Of a stretch of 59,222 bases of DNA, positions 10,191-21,460 are shown piece after piece. The notes beneath the pieces are model-generated. The model saw nothing but the letters and a program-made list of their open reading frames with translations, ran no database searches and was not told the origin of the DNA. Numbering within the stretch: position 1 is the stretch's first letter; each line of letters begins with the position of its first letter. The DNA is taken from the NCBI GenBank assembly GCA_947627265.1, contig CANQVM010000003.1, positions 1-59,222 of the forward strand. Reading direction: 5' to 3'. Source of the DNA: an uncultured Clostridia bacterium (GTDB taxonomy: Bacteria > Bacillota > Clostridia > TANB77 > CAG-508). Position numbers and translations under genes: made by a program.

Positions 10191-11573
10191 TTAATTTATA
10201 AGTCTATTATATAATAATTCCATATATTTAAATACTTTTGTATGCCATTCTTGGTCACTTGCATATCTTGTGTTAACTCCAGATAATGTAGGACCATTAT
10301 AATACCAACCATCGGCTGTTTCACGATCAAAAATTTTAGTTCCAGATGGATTTAAATAATACTTAACTAAAGATTTAGCAACTGTCTCAATTCCTTCTGC
10401 ATAATCTGCAAATTCGTATGATGATTCATAAGGTGTATTATCATAAGAACCATATCCAAATAAGTTATTTTTATCTTTAGCTATCTGCGATGTTCCCCAT
10501 CCGCTTTCATGAATTGCAATAGAAGCTAAGAAAATACCATTTATATTATACTTCTTTTCTGCATTATAAAATGATTGATAATTATTTTCGAATATTTTAT
10601 TTGTATCATTTGGTAATCCTGTAAATATTTTTTTGTAATCATTTAAAGTTAAACCACTTGTTTTATTTAATTCCATACTAATATTAACTTTTAATAGAAG
10701 TCTTTGAATTCTATTTTTTTCAACTATACTTGGTGAAGTATAAGCAGATGTTAAATTTGATGATCTTATGTACCCTTCTATTCCATCAAAAGAAACTTTA
10801 CACCATTCTTCATTAGGTAAATCTATTAACTTAACATCGATACTAGATTTTATTTCAGCTAGATCTTTAGAATTAGAATCTGCAGTTTCTTTAAGATTAT
10901 CAGCATTTATAAAATACATTGTGTCTCCTATATGAACTTTTTGTTTTGCTAAAAAATCTGAAGTTCCGAGATTAACTAGCTTAGGAGTTGGATCAGAAAC
11001 TTTTTCTTTTGATAAAATAATTTCTTCTACTAATTCGCCATTTTCATATGTTTTAACAACTGTAACTTTATCTTTTCCAAGGATTCCTTCTTGAGTAACT
11101 ACTTCTTCACCTTTTGGAAGAGTTGGTGTATCAGTATATGTTGTTTCAAATTCTACATCTCTATCTTCTACATCCTGTTCTTTTACTCTATCCATATCTG
11201 CATTTTCCGAGATAATATTTTGCATATTTAAACGATGTCTATTTAATTCGTATTCAGAAATCTCTTCAGTTGAATCAACTTTTGCATAACTCTTCCCAAA
11301 AGAAATGTCTTTTGGAAAAAATAGAGCAAGAGAAACTATTAAGATACTGCAACCTGTAATAATATGGGATAGTTTTAAATCATCTGATTTATATTTCCTT
11401 TTTGCATTAGAAATAGAAGAATCAACATTAGAAGTTTTTTGTGCATTAAAATATTCATTTTGTCTATCAGATGCTTGTCCAATTTTTGATAAGTGTCGCA
11501 TATCTTGCAATTCTTTAAATACATCAGATAAATTTCTGTTTTCATAAGAATTTTTATTTGTTGACATAACCAT
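10191..11573 (-). CDS. Cell-wall hydrolase with G5, SH3b and glucosaminidase (GH73) domains
   Basis: G5-like 'LPKGEEVVTQEG..G', SH3b 'WCKVSFDGIEGYI', GH73 'AIHESGWGTS..KNNLFG' and 'YASD..W'. Confidence 0.85.
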   Translation of the reverse strand: MVMSTNKNSYENRNLSDVFKELQDMRHLSKIGQASDRQNEYFNAQKTSNVDSSISNAKRKYKSDDLKLSHIITGCSILIVSLALFFPKDISFGKSYAKVDSTEEISEYELNRHRLNMQNIISENADMDRVKEQDVEDRDVEFETTYTDTPTLPKGEEVVTQEGILGKDKVTVVKTYENGELVEEIILSKEKVSDPTPKLVNLGTSDFLAKQKVHIGDTMYFINADNLKETADSNSKDLAEIKSSIDVKLIDLPNEEWCKVSFDGIEGYIRSSNLTSAYTSPSIVEKNRIQRLLLKVNISMELNKTSGLTLNDYKKIFTGLPNDTNKIFENNYQSFYNAEKKYNINGIFLASIAIHESGWGTSQIAKDKNNLFGYGSYDNTPYESSYEFADYAEGIETVAKSLVKYYLNPSGTKIFDRETADGWYYNGPTLSGVNTRYASDQEWHTKVFKYMELLYNRLIN

Positions 11574-11665
11574 ACTCTCTTTCTTTGATAAATTAATACA
11601 TATTTATTATATAATAACAAATCAAATATGTCCATAAAATTTTATAAAAAATATTCATATAGCAA

Positions 11666-11887
11666 AAATTACTAGTTACAATTAACATCTATTTTTTTAA
11701 AGTTTGGAAATAATTAGTTTTTTCATAACCTTGGTGTCGCAAATTACGAAATAATTTTTTATCTGTAATTTGCTCCAATCGCACTCGCCTTAATTGGCTC
11801 GTTTGATCGCTTACGCGGCTATTTCAAAACTAATTATTTTCAAATTATATTACAGACTGTGAATTTTAACAAATTACTAGTTACAAT
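11666..11887. repeat. Intergenic structured element with 19-bp inverted repeats inside 17-bp direct repeats
   Basis: AAATTACTAGTTACAAT at 11666-11682 and 11871-11887; IR TTTG(G/A)AAATAATTAGTTTT at 11703-11721 and 11826-11844. Confidence 0.6.
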
Positions 11888-12151
11888 ACACAGCTTATAA
11901 ATTTGAAAGTTTATAAATAAATATATTTTAAATAATTATGTAAGAAGATTACCGTAGCATAGCTAATGACAATTGGAGTAACTTAAATACTAGTCTTTTA
12001 GTTTATAGAAGAACTAATAACAAATCTTGACATTAACATTGATAAAACGATAAAAAATACTTGCAAAATATGTAAAATAGTATATAATATATTGGTAAAT
12101 TACTTATTTAATAAGCTTGCTAACAATATATAAGCAATAGGAGGTGATAAA

Positions 12152-12826
12152 ATGGAATATGAAAAGATAGAAAGAAGTATTGGATATAGTTTTAAAAATA
12201 AAGAACTACTAAAAAAGGCGTTAACTCATACATCTTATGCATATGAAAATAATGTAGAAAGCAATGAAAAATTAGAATTCTTAGGAGATAGTATTTTAGA
12301 ATTTATAACCAGTGATTATATTTATTGTAATTATCCAAAGCTAAAAGAAGGAGAAATGACTAAAGTTAGAGCAAGTGTAGTATGTGAAAAAAGTTTATAT
12401 AAAGTTGCAAAATTGCATAATTTTAGTGATTTTTTAAATTTAGGTAAATCTGAGCGAAAAACAGGGGGATATGAAAGACCTGCTATATTAGCAGATAGCG
12501 TAGAAGCTGTAATTGCAGCAATTTACTTAGATGGTGGTATACAATCTGCACAAAAATTTATAATTGAGAATTTAAAAAAAGAGATAGAAATAGCAAGCAA
12601 ACACGTTGGAGATAAAGATTATAAAACGGTTTTACAAGAAAAACTTCAAATACACGGAAATGTGAATATAGAATATGAATTAATAAAAGAAATTGGACCT
12701 GATCATAACAAAACATTTGAAGTAGAAGTAAAATGTAATAATAAGCCATTGGCTAAAGGAAAAGGAAAAAGTAAAAAAGAGGCACAAATGAAAGCTGCTA
12801 AAAATGCATTAGAAGATTTAAAATAA
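12152..12826 (+). CDS. rnc: Ribonuclease III
   Basis: 'NEKLEFLGDSIL' signature and C-terminal dsRBD 'DYKTVLQE...GPDH'. Confidence 0.97.
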   Translation: MEYEKIERSIGYSFKNKELLKKALTHTSYAYENNVESNEKLEFLGDSILEFITSDYIYCNYPKLKEGEMTKVRASVVCEKSLYKVAKLHNFSDFLNLGKSERKTGGYERPAILADSVEAVIAAIYLDGGIQSAQKFIIENLKKEIEIASKHVGDKDYKTVLQEKLQIHGNVNIEYELIKEIGPDHNKTFEVEVKCNNKPLAKGKGKSKKEAQMKAAKNALEDLK

Positions 12827-12864
12827 AAATATCAGAATATAAAAATAAAAAAAGGGGTGAATCT

Positions 12865-13908
12865 ATGAAAAAACAATATATAATTCCTATATTTGTACCA
12901 CATTTAGGATGTCCAAATGATTGCATATTTTGTAATCAAAAATCAATTAGTGGACAAAAAGAAAATATTACAAAATTCAAAGCAAAAAAAATAATAGATG
13001 ATTACCTAAAAAATATAAAAGATACAGATGCACAAATAGAAATAGCATTTTTTGGTGGAAGTTTTACAGCGATTGAAGCAGAAAAACAAGAAGAATTATT
13101 AAAATTAGCAAATGAATATATTGAAAATGGAAAAGTTCAAAGCATAAGAATTTCAACACGACCGGATTGTATTAATAAAGAAATATTAAAAAGATTAAAG
13201 AAATATCAAGTAAAAACTATTGAATTAGGAGTACAATCAGCTAATGATTATATTTTAAAAAGATCAAATAGGGGACACACATTTTCAGATGTAAAGAAAG
13301 CATCTAAAATGATAAGATGGAATGGATTTAAACTAGGACATCAAATGATGGTAGGATTGCCAGAAAGTACTAGAATTGATGAAATAAACACAGCAAAAGC
13401 TTTAGTAAAATTAAAGCCAAAAATGGTAAGAATTTATCCTGTTTTAGTTGTAAAGAATACAAGATTAGAGGAAGAATATAAAAACGGAGAATATGAGCCA
13501 TTATCAATTGTACAAGCCGTTGAAGTTTGCAAAGAAATTGTTAGAATATTTGCAGATAAAAATATAGATATTATAAGAGTAGGACTTCAAAATACAGATG
13601 AAATTTGTGAGCCTGATAATAAAAATAGTCAAGTAGTAGCAGGTCCATATCATCCAGCATTTAGACAACTAGTTGAATCAGGTATGTGGTATGATTCTAT
13701 CGTATCAAAAATCAAAAAATTAAATGTTAAAGTAAAAGAAGTAGAAGTTAGCGTAAATCCGATAGATAGTAACAATGTGATTGGACATAAAAAAGAAAAT
13801 GTTAAAAAGCTAAAAGATACATATGATGTTGATTTGATTTTGAAACAAGATGAAAATATAAAACAAGGAAAATCTAAAATTGAAATAACTAAAGTATATA
13901 ATAATTAA
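12865..13908 (+). CDS. Radical SAM protein (Elp3/YhcC-like)
   Basis: CPNDCIFC (CxxxCxxC), 'FFGGSFT', 'STRPD', 'ELGVQS'; usual rnc neighbour in Clostridia. Confidence 0.9.
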   Translation: MKKQYIIPIFVPHLGCPNDCIFCNQKSISGQKENITKFKAKKIIDDYLKNIKDTDAQIEIAFFGGSFTAIEAEKQEELLKLANEYIENGKVQSIRISTRPDCINKEILKRLKKYQVKTIELGVQSANDYILKRSNRGHTFSDVKKASKMIRWNGFKLGHQMMVGLPESTRIDEINTAKALVKLKPKMVRIYPVLVVKNTRLEEEYKNGEYEPLSIVQAVEVCKEIVRIFADKNIDIIRVGLQNTDEICEPDNKNSQVVAGPYHPAFRQLVESGMWYDSIVSKIKKLNVKVKEVEVSVNPIDSNNVIGHKKENVKKLKDTYDVDLILKQDENIKQGKSKIEITKVYNN

Positions 13909-13969
13909 ATAGATAATAACTATTAAATAAAGTATAAATCACCATTATTTTACAAATACTAAAGTAAAG

Positions 13970-14839
13970 GTGATTTTTATGTATAAGTGGAAAAAAGAAG
14001 ATATAAAAAAATTAATTATAGAGATAATAGGAACTATTTTGGGTGCTTTTGTTATGGCAATAGGAGTTTCGTTATTTTTATTGCCAAATCAATTGTCAAC
14101 TGGAGGAGTATCAGGAATTGCAACGATTACCTATTATTTATTTAATATTCCAATGGGAACAATGATTCTAATAATTAATATACCTCTATTTTTATTTTCA
14201 ATATACAGAATAGGGAAAAAGTTTTTTATTAAATCTATAATTGGAACAGCTTCATTATCTATATTTATAGATATACTAGATAAAATAGAGCCACTTACAC
14301 AAGATAGATTTTTAGCATGTATTTATGGGGGGCTTATAATAGGAATAGGAACAGCCATATTATTAAAGTCTAATTCCTCAACAGGGGGAAGCGACTTAGT
14401 TAGCTATGTAGCAAAAACATATAAACCAACAATTAGAACAAGTAATACTATAATACTAATAGATGGTGTAATTATCACTCTAAATGTAATATTTCTTAAA
14501 CAAATAGAAATAGGATTATATTCTGCTATTGCAATTTATTTAATGGGAAAAATAATTGATATATTATTTGAAGGAATTTATTTTACAAAATTAATATTAA
14601 TTATTTCAGATGAAACAGAAAAAATAGCAAAAGAAATAGAAGAAAAAGTACCAAGAGGAACAACAGGCCTTTATGGAAAAGGCATGTATACAAATAAAGA
14701 AAAAATAGTATTAATGTGTGCTGCTTCAAGAAGAGATGTATCTAAAATAAAAATGATAGCAAGAAAAATAGATCCTTCCAGTTTTATGATTATAACAAAT
14801 TCAAGAGAAGTAGTAGGATTGGGATTTAAAAAAATTTAA
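13970..14839 (+). CDS. YitT family membrane protein
   Basis: 'GGVSGIA' and 'STGGSD' motifs; C-terminal DUF2179-like 'IDPSSFMII...EVVGLGF'. Confidence 0.9.
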   Translation: MIFMYKWKKEDIKKLIIEIIGTILGAFVMAIGVSLFLLPNQLSTGGVSGIATITYYLFNIPMGTMILIINIPLFLFSIYRIGKKFFIKSIIGTASLSIFIDILDKIEPLTQDRFLACIYGGLIIGIGTAILLKSNSSTGGSDLVSYVAKTYKPTIRTSNTIILIDGVIITLNVIFLKQIEIGLYSAIAIYLMGKIIDILFEGIYFTKLILIISDETEKIAKEIEEKVPRGTTGLYGKGMYTNKEKIVLMCAASRRDVSKIKMIARKIDPSSFMIITNSREVVGLGFKKI

Positions 14840-14966
14840 AAATTTAAATAAAACTAGCTTTAAAAATAGTTATAATATGATATAATATTTTAGAAAGAGA
14901 CAAAAAATACTTTAATGGTTTTTCATTAAAACCTTTTAATAAAATATGAAAGGAACTAATTAATAA

Positions 14967-15833
14967 GTGAAAGAACAACAATATATATTAGAAAATATAG
15001 ATACTTTTGAATTAAAAGATATTTTTGACTGTGGGCAATGTTTTAGATGGAATGAGCAAGAAGATGGAAGTTATACAGGAATTTTTAAAAAAAATGTAAT
15101 TAATGTAAAAAAAGAAAAGAATAAAATTATTTTTAATGGAGTCTGCCAAAAAAATATACGAGAAACTGTAGAAGATTACTTCGATTTAAATCGTGATTAT
15201 GAAAAAATAAAACAACAGTTATCTAAAATAGATAATAATATAAAAACAAGTATTCAATATGGCAAAGGAATTAGACTTTTAAATCAAGATTTATGGGAAA
15301 CAATTATTTCATTTATTATATCGGCAAATAATAACATACCAAGAATAAAAGGAATTATAGAAAGATTAGCAAAACAATTTGGATATGAAATTATTTATAA
15401 AGGACAAAAATATTATACATTTCCAACACCAGAGCAATTAAAAAATGTAACAATAGAAGATTATAGAAAATTAGGACTAGGATTTAGAGATGTAAGATTA
15501 TATGAGACAACTAAAATGATATTAGAAGGCAAAATTAATCTTGAAAAAATGAAGAAAAATCCAAACACAATGCAAGTACGAGAAGAACTTTTAACATTAT
15601 CAGGGGTAGGACCAAAAGTTGCAGATTGCATTTTATTGTTTTCAGATTTAAAAAGATTTGAAGTATTCCCAATAGATGTTTGGGTAAGAAGAGTTATGAA
15701 TGACTTGTATATTAAAAATGAAGATGAAACAAAAGTAAGTAAGAAACTTATAGAAAAAATTGCAGCAGAAAGATTTGGAGATTTAGCTGGACTAGCACAG
15801 CAGTATTTATTTTATTGGAGAAGAGAAGCATAA
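14967..15833 (+). CDS. 8-oxoguanine DNA glycosylase (Ogg)
   Basis: 'CGQCFRW', 'SANNNIPRI', HhH-GPD 'GVGPKVADCILLF...FPIDVW'. Confidence 0.92.
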   Translation: MKEQQYILENIDTFELKDIFDCGQCFRWNEQEDGSYTGIFKKNVINVKKEKNKIIFNGVCQKNIRETVEDYFDLNRDYEKIKQQLSKIDNNIKTSIQYGKGIRLLNQDLWETIISFIISANNNIPRIKGIIERLAKQFGYEIIYKGQKYYTFPTPEQLKNVTIEDYRKLGLGFRDVRLYETTKMILEGKINLEKMKKNPNTMQVREELLTLSGVGPKVADCILLFSDLKRFEVFPIDVWVRRVMNDLYIKNEDETKVSKKLIEKIAAERFGDLAGLAQQYLFYWRREA

Positions 15834-15864
15834 ATATCTTTTTATTAACACATTGGAGGACTAA

Positions 15865-18800
15865 ATGGGACTAAGAATTATATATGGAAAGCCAGGAAGC
15901 GGGAAAAGTACTTACTGCTTTAAAGAAATTTCTAATTTAATAGACAAAGAAAAAAAGATTTTTATAATTACACCAGAACAATTTTCTTTTACTGCTGAAA
16001 AAAAATTAATGGATGCAGTAAATCAAAAGGCTACTATTAATGCGGAAGTAATAACATTAAGTAGGATGGCATATAGAGTTTTAGGAGAAACAATTGGAAA
16101 TCATACAAATAATCTTTCTAAATGTGGTAAAGCAATGTTAATATACTCTATATTAACAAATAATAAATCAGAATTAAAATTTTTAGGAAAGTCTGATGAG
16201 AATATTTATTTAAGTGTAAGTACTATTACAGAATTTAAAAAACACGGTATAACAATAGAAAGACTAAAGCAAGAAATAGAAAAAACAAGGGATAAATATT
16301 TAAAAACAAAATTATTAGATATGACTCTTATATATGAAAAGTTTGAAGAGGCAATAAAAAATAAATACATAGAAGAGAATGATTTGTTAACAATATTGGC
16401 TAATAACTTAGATAATACACAGCTATTAAAAGATAGTATTATTTATATAGATGAATTTTCAGGATTTACTTATCAAGAATATCAAGTTATAAAAGAGTTA
16501 GTAAAACAAGCAAAACAAGTTAATATTACAATGTGTCTTGATAATACGGATATTGCTATAAATCCAGATATTGATATATACTATTCAAATAAAGTAACAT
16601 TATCTAAAATATTAAATTTAGCAAAAGACAATAATTTTAAATTAGAAAAACCAGTATTTTTAGACAAACAATATAGATTTAAAAATGAAGAATTAAAACA
16701 CTTAAGTGATAATATTTATAATATAAAATCCACAAAATATGAAAAAAATGTGGAAAACATTAAATTATTTTTAGCAAAAAATCAATATTCAGAAGTTGAA
16801 GAGGTGGCTAAAAAAATTAGCTTGTTAGTAAGAGATAAAAAGCTAAGGTATAGAGATATATCTATCATTACAAAAAATATAGAAAATTACTCATCATTAG
16901 TTAGAGCAATTTTTAATAAGTATCAAATACCAGTATTTATAGATGAAAGAAGAGATTTAGACCAAAATATTATAGTACAGTATATATTATCAATTTTAGA
17001 AATTTTAAATAAAAATTTTTCAAATGATGCAATTTTTGCTTATATAAAGTTAGGCTTTTTATCAATTGATCAGGATGATATTTTTAAATTAGAAAACTAT
17101 TGCATAAAATGGGGTATTAATAAAAACAAATGGAAAAAAGATTTTATATATGAATTAGAAGAAGATAAGAAGAAAATAGAAAATTTAAATGAATTAAGAA
17201 AAAAAATTATAAATCCATTAATAATGTTTCAAGAAAAAATAAATAAAAATAAAACAGCAAAGAATATAAGCAAATCAATTTATCAATTTATGCAAGAGCA
17301 AAATATAGAAAAAATAATATGTAATAAAATACAAGACTTAGAAAATAAAAAGTTGCTAGATTTATCAAAAGAATACAAAACAAGTTACCAAACAATATTA
17401 AATATTTTAGATGAAATAATCACAATTTTTAAAGAAGAAAGAATGACAATAGACCAATATAGAAAAATATTAAAAATTGGACTAAAAAATAGTGGTCTTG
17501 GAAAAATCCCAGGTACGCAAGATCAAGTTATTTTAGGAGATGTAGATAGATCTAGAAGTCACAAAGTACATACAGTTTTTATTATCGGATTAAATGATGG
17601 TAGTTTTACAAGCATAAATAAAGATGAAGGTTTTTTTAATGATTTAGATAGAGAAAAACTGGAAGAAGATGGTATTGAATTAGCTAAAGGCACAATTGAT
17701 AAATTATATGAAGATAATTTTAATATATATAAAGCATTTACAACAGCAGAAAATCAAATATATTTATCATATGCATCATCTGACAATGAAGGTAAGTCAT
17801 TAAGACCATCTACTTTAATTGGAAAAATAAAAAAGAACTACCCAAAATTGCAAGAAGAAAGCGATGTTATTTCAAAAAAATATGAAATTGTAAATCAAGC
17901 TATTACATATGAAGAATTAATTGAAAATATAGCAAAGTTAAAAAACAAAGAAGAAATAGAAGAGATATGGTATGAAATTTATCAATATTATAAAACACAA
18001 AATGAATGGAATAAAAGATTACAAGAAGATTTAAAAGGATTGGAATATACAAATTTGCCACAAAATATAAAAAAAGAAAACATTGAAAAATTATATGGAA
18101 ATACTTTAAATACTAGCATATCAAGACTCGAAAAATATAGAAGTTGTCCTTTTTCTTATTATTTACAATATGGCTTAAAATTACAAGAAAAAGAACAACT
18201 AAAAGTACAAAGCTTTAATACAGGATCTTTTATGCATGAAACTATTGATGAATTTTTTGAATTTGTAAAACAAGAAAACTTAGATTTAGCACAATTAGAT
18301 GAGGAGCAAATATTAAAAATTGTATCAGATATAATTGAGGAAGATTTAAACTTAAAGAAAAATTACCTATTTACCGCAACTGCCAAATATAAAGTTTTAG
18401 TAAAAAGACTAAAGAAAATTGTTAGCAAAGCACTAAAATATATTATCGAAACAATTATTTATAGTGATTTTAATATAGAAGGAACAGAAATAGGATTTGG
18501 AAAAGGTGAAGAATATGAACCAATTTTGTTAGAATTGGGAAGCGGAAAAAAGGTAGAAATAAAAGGCAAGATTGATAGAATTGATACAGCTAAAGCAGAA
18601 GAAGGGAAATATTTAAGAATTATAGATTATAAATCATCTGCAAAAAATATTGATCTAAATGAAGTATATGCTGGCATACAAATACAGCTTTTAACATATA
18701 CAGATGCAATTTGTAAACAAGAAGATATAATGCCGGCAGGAATCTTTTACTTTTCATTGTTAGAGCAAATGATAAATGCAGATAAAAAAATAACAGAAGA

Positions 18801-19218
18801 AGAAATAGAAGAATTAATTCGAAAAAATTTTAAAATGAAAGGATTAATTATTGCAGATGTTAAAATTATAAAAATGAATGATAATACTTTAAAATCAGGA
18901 AGTTCAAAATTAATACCAGCAGCATTAACTACATCTGGAACTATAAATGAAAAGTGGACGAATGGTGTAAAATCAGATGAATTTAAAATCTTGCAAGATT
19001 ATATTTATAAAACAATTAAAGATATTTCTAAAGAAATATTAAGTGGTAAAATAGATTTAAAGCCATATTATAAAAAAGGGAAAACTCCTTGCCAATATTG
19101 CGAATATAAATCAATATGTGGTTTTAATTCTAGGCAAAAAAATAATAACTATTATTATATTGGTCAAAAATCAAAAGATGAAATTATATTAAAAATGAAA
19201 CAAGAAACACGAAAATAG
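15865..19218 (+). CDS. addB: ATP-dependent helicase/nuclease subunit B
   Basis: N-terminal GKPGSGKS, 'SISRLEKYRSCPF', nuclease 'GKIDRID...IIDYKSS', C-terminal Fe-S cysteines. Confidence 0.93.
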   Translation: MGLRIIYGKPGSGKSTYCFKEISNLIDKEKKIFIITPEQFSFTAEKKLMDAVNQKATINAEVITLSRMAYRVLGETIGNHTNNLSKCGKAMLIYSILTNNKSELKFLGKSDENIYLSVSTITEFKKHGITIERLKQEIEKTRDKYLKTKLLDMTLIYEKFEEAIKNKYIEENDLLTILANNLDNTQLLKDSIIYIDEFSGFTYQEYQVIKELVKQAKQVNITMCLDNTDIAINPDIDIYYSNKVTLSKILNLAKDNNFKLEKPVFLDKQYRFKNEELKHLSDNIYNIKSTKYEKNVENIKLFLAKNQYSEVEEVAKKISLLVRDKKLRYRDISIITKNIENYSSLVRAIFNKYQIPVFIDERRDLDQNIIVQYILSILEILNKNFSNDAIFAYIKLGFLSIDQDDIFKLENYCIKWGINKNKWKKDFIYELEEDKKKIENLNELRKKIINPLIMFQEKINKNKTAKNISKSIYQFMQEQNIEKIICNKIQDLENKKLLDLSKEYKTSYQTILNILDEIITIFKEERMTIDQYRKILKIGLKNSGLGKIPGTQDQVILGDVDRSRSHKVHTVFIIGLNDGSFTSINKDEGFFNDLDREKLEEDGIELAKGTIDKLYEDNFNIYKAFTTAENQIYLSYASSDNEGKSLRPSTLIGKIKKNYPKLQEESDVISKKYEIVNQAITYEELIENIAKLKNKEEIEEIWYEIYQYYKTQNEWNKRLQEDLKGLEYTNLPQNIKKENIEKLYGNTLNTSISRLEKYRSCPFSYYLQYGLKLQEKEQLKVQSFNTGSFMHETIDEFFEFVKQENLDLAQLDEEQILKIVSDIIEEDLNLKKNYLFTATAKYKVLVKRLKKIVSKALKYIIETIIYSDFNIEGTEIGFGKGEEYEPILLELGSGKKVEIKGKIDRIDTAKAEEGKYLRIIDYKSSAKNIDLNEVYAGIQIQLLTYTDAICKQEDIMPAGIFYFSLLEQMINADKKITEEEIEELIRKNFKMKGLIIADVKIIKMNDNTLKSGSSKLIPAALTTSGTINEKWTNGVKSDEFKILQDYIYKTIKDISKEILSGKIDLKPYYKKGKTPCQYCEYKSICGFNSRQKNNNYYYIGQKSKDEIILKMKQETRK

Positions 19219-19228
19219 GGAGAGATAA

Positions 19229-20500
19229 ATGGAACAAGTAGATAAAACACAAATGAGAAAAAGAAATATGAAATTATTTCCTAGCTACAAGAAATTTTCA
19301 TGGGATTACATATTTTTTTATACTATAAACTTTTTATTTTTAACACAAATAAAAGGAATTAATCCTGCAGATATTGTATTGATAGATTCTTTTTATTATT
19401 TGTTTTCTACAATAGCACAAATACCAGCAACAATAATAATAGAATTTCTAGGAAGAAAAAACAGCTTGATTTTTGCCAATATACTAAATTGTTTATATAT
19501 GATAGTAATTATATTCAGCGAGAATTTATTTAACTTAATTTTCGCTGAGTGCTTAAGTTCTTTAGCATTTGCTATTAAAGGTAGTGCAGAACCAAGTTTG
19601 TTAAATGAATCAATTCCTCCAACCAAAAAGAAGAGTGAAATATTTGCAAAAATAAATGAAAAAGGGATGTCAAGCTATTACTTAATAAATGGAGTAGCCA
19701 CTGTCCTTGCAGGATTTTTATATGAAATAAATCCCTATATTCCAATTATATTATCCTTAATAACGGTAATAATGGTAACAATACTTGCAACTTTATTTAT
19801 AGAACCAATCCCAAAAAGTAAAAATTCAAAGATAAATATAAATCAAATAAAAGAGATAAAAGACTCTTTTAAATTTATACTAAAGTCAGAAAGAATAAAA
19901 AGTTTAATATTATTTTCTGTATTAATGACAGGAATACTAGGAGTATTGTCAAATTATGAAATTAGCTTACTAGAAGATTTAGATGTTTCAGCATCAATTT
20001 TAGGAATTTTGTTTGCAGTTTTAGAAGTTATAGCAAGCTTAGGAACAAAGAAACAAGATAAATTTCATAATAAATATACAAATAAATCTTTAACTGTAAT
20101 AGGTATTGCAATTACAGGTAGCTGTATTGTTTCAGGATTTGCAGGAATATTATCAAAAGAATATAAAATCGGAATTATTCTTATTATAGCAGCATATTTA
20201 ATCAAATATATATGTGGAGGAATTTACTATGCTTTAATTGAAAAATATTTAAGTAATTTTACTAATAAGGATATTGACACAAAAATATATACAGCTAATA
20301 ATTGTATTAGGAGTATATCAGGTGCAGGAATTGGAATTATGGCATCATTTTTATTAGATAGAATGGAAACAGCTTATTGTATGATAATTATAGGCGGTAT
20401 TTTTGCAATTCTAATTGTATTAGTAAGTAAATATATGAAAAAAAGAGTTGGTTTAAGACCTGAAGAGTATTCAAAAGAAGAGGTCAAATATGATAAGTAA
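19229..20500 (+). CDS. MFS transporter (paralogue 1)
   Basis: About 12 TM helices; motif A-like 'EFLGRKNSL'. Confidence 0.85.
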   Translation: MEQVDKTQMRKRNMKLFPSYKKFSWDYIFFYTINFLFLTQIKGINPADIVLIDSFYYLFSTIAQIPATIIIEFLGRKNSLIFANILNCLYMIVIIFSENLFNLIFAECLSSLAFAIKGSAEPSLLNESIPPTKKKSEIFAKINEKGMSSYYLINGVATVLAGFLYEINPYIPIILSLITVIMVTILATLFIEPIPKSKNSKININQIKEIKDSFKFILKSERIKSLILFSVLMTGILGVLSNYEISLLEDLDVSASILGILFAVLEVIASLGTKKQDKFHNKYTNKSLTVIGIAITGSCIVSGFAGILSKEYKIGIILIIAAYLIKYICGGIYYALIEKYLSNFTNKDIDTKIYTANNCIRSISGAGIGIMASFLLDRMETAYCMIIIGGIFAILIVLVSKYMKKRVGLRPEEYSKEEVKYDK

Positions 20501-20530
20501 AAAAAGTGGGTTAAAACAAGGAGTATAAAT

Positions 20531-21370
20531 ATGAATTTATCAAATGAAAATGTGTTACATGTAAAAAAGGGTGACATAGAATTTTTACAATTTAGAAAAT
20601 TGCTAGACTATAAAGATATATTGACACATGCCTATTCTCTCGGAATAAATTTAAACTTTAGAACATCAACAGTAAACAAACAAAAATTACCTGAAGCAGA
20701 ATATAAAAAAGCAATAGAAAGTTATAAATTACTGTGTAATTCTATCGATATTAATTATATTAATTTAGTAAAAACTAACCAGGAACATACAAACTGTGTT
20801 AAAATAGTATATGATAAGATAAATAAAGATAAACCAGATTTTAATCAAAAAAAATATTATAATACAGATGGTTTAATTACTAATCAAAAGAATTTAATAC
20901 TTTCAACAACAAATGCCGATTGTATATTATTACTTTTTTTTGATCCAATAAAGAAAGTAATAGCAAATACTCACTCAGGCTGGAAAGGAACGCTACAGAG
21001 AATAGCAATAAAAACAGTAGAAAAAATGAAGGAAGAATTTGGATGTAACTTACAAGATATTATCTGTTGTATATGCCCAAGTATACGAAAATGTCATTTT
21101 GAAGTAGAAAAAGAAGTAAAAAACATGTTCGAACATGAATTTAAGGATTTAGAAGAATTAGACAAAATAATAGAAGAAAAAGTACCAAATAAAAAATGGA
21201 ATATTGATACAATTTTAATAAATAAAAAAATATTAGAACAACAAGGGTTAAAAAAAGAAAATATTATTGACAGTGGTGTATGCAGTGTTTGTAATTCAAA
21301 TTTAATACACTCTTACCGAGTAGAAAAACAAGGATATGGACTAAACACAGCACTAATAGAGTTAAAATAA
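20531..21370 (+). CDS. pgeF: Peptidoglycan editing factor / purine nucleoside phosphorylase PgeF (YfiH)
   Basis: 'QEH', 'DGLIT', 'ADC', 'HSGWKG', 'SYR' motifs. Confidence 0.9.
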   Translation: MNLSNENVLHVKKGDIEFLQFRKLLDYKDILTHAYSLGINLNFRTSTVNKQKLPEAEYKKAIESYKLLCNSIDINYINLVKTNQEHTNCVKIVYDKINKDKPDFNQKKYYNTDGLITNQKNLILSTTNADCILLLFFDPIKKVIANTHSGWKGTLQRIAIKTVEKMKEEFGCNLQDIICCICPSIRKCHFEVEKEVKNMFEHEFKDLEELDKIIEEKVPNKKWNIDTILINKKILEQQGLKKENIIDSGVCSVCNSNLIHSYRVEKQGYGLNTALIELK

Positions 21371-21460
21371 CGCATAGATTTATTGCATAAATAAAAAATA
21401 TTAAATAAAGTAATTTACAGATGTTAAATAAAGTTGTTCATAAAGGGGAAAAAAGAAGAT

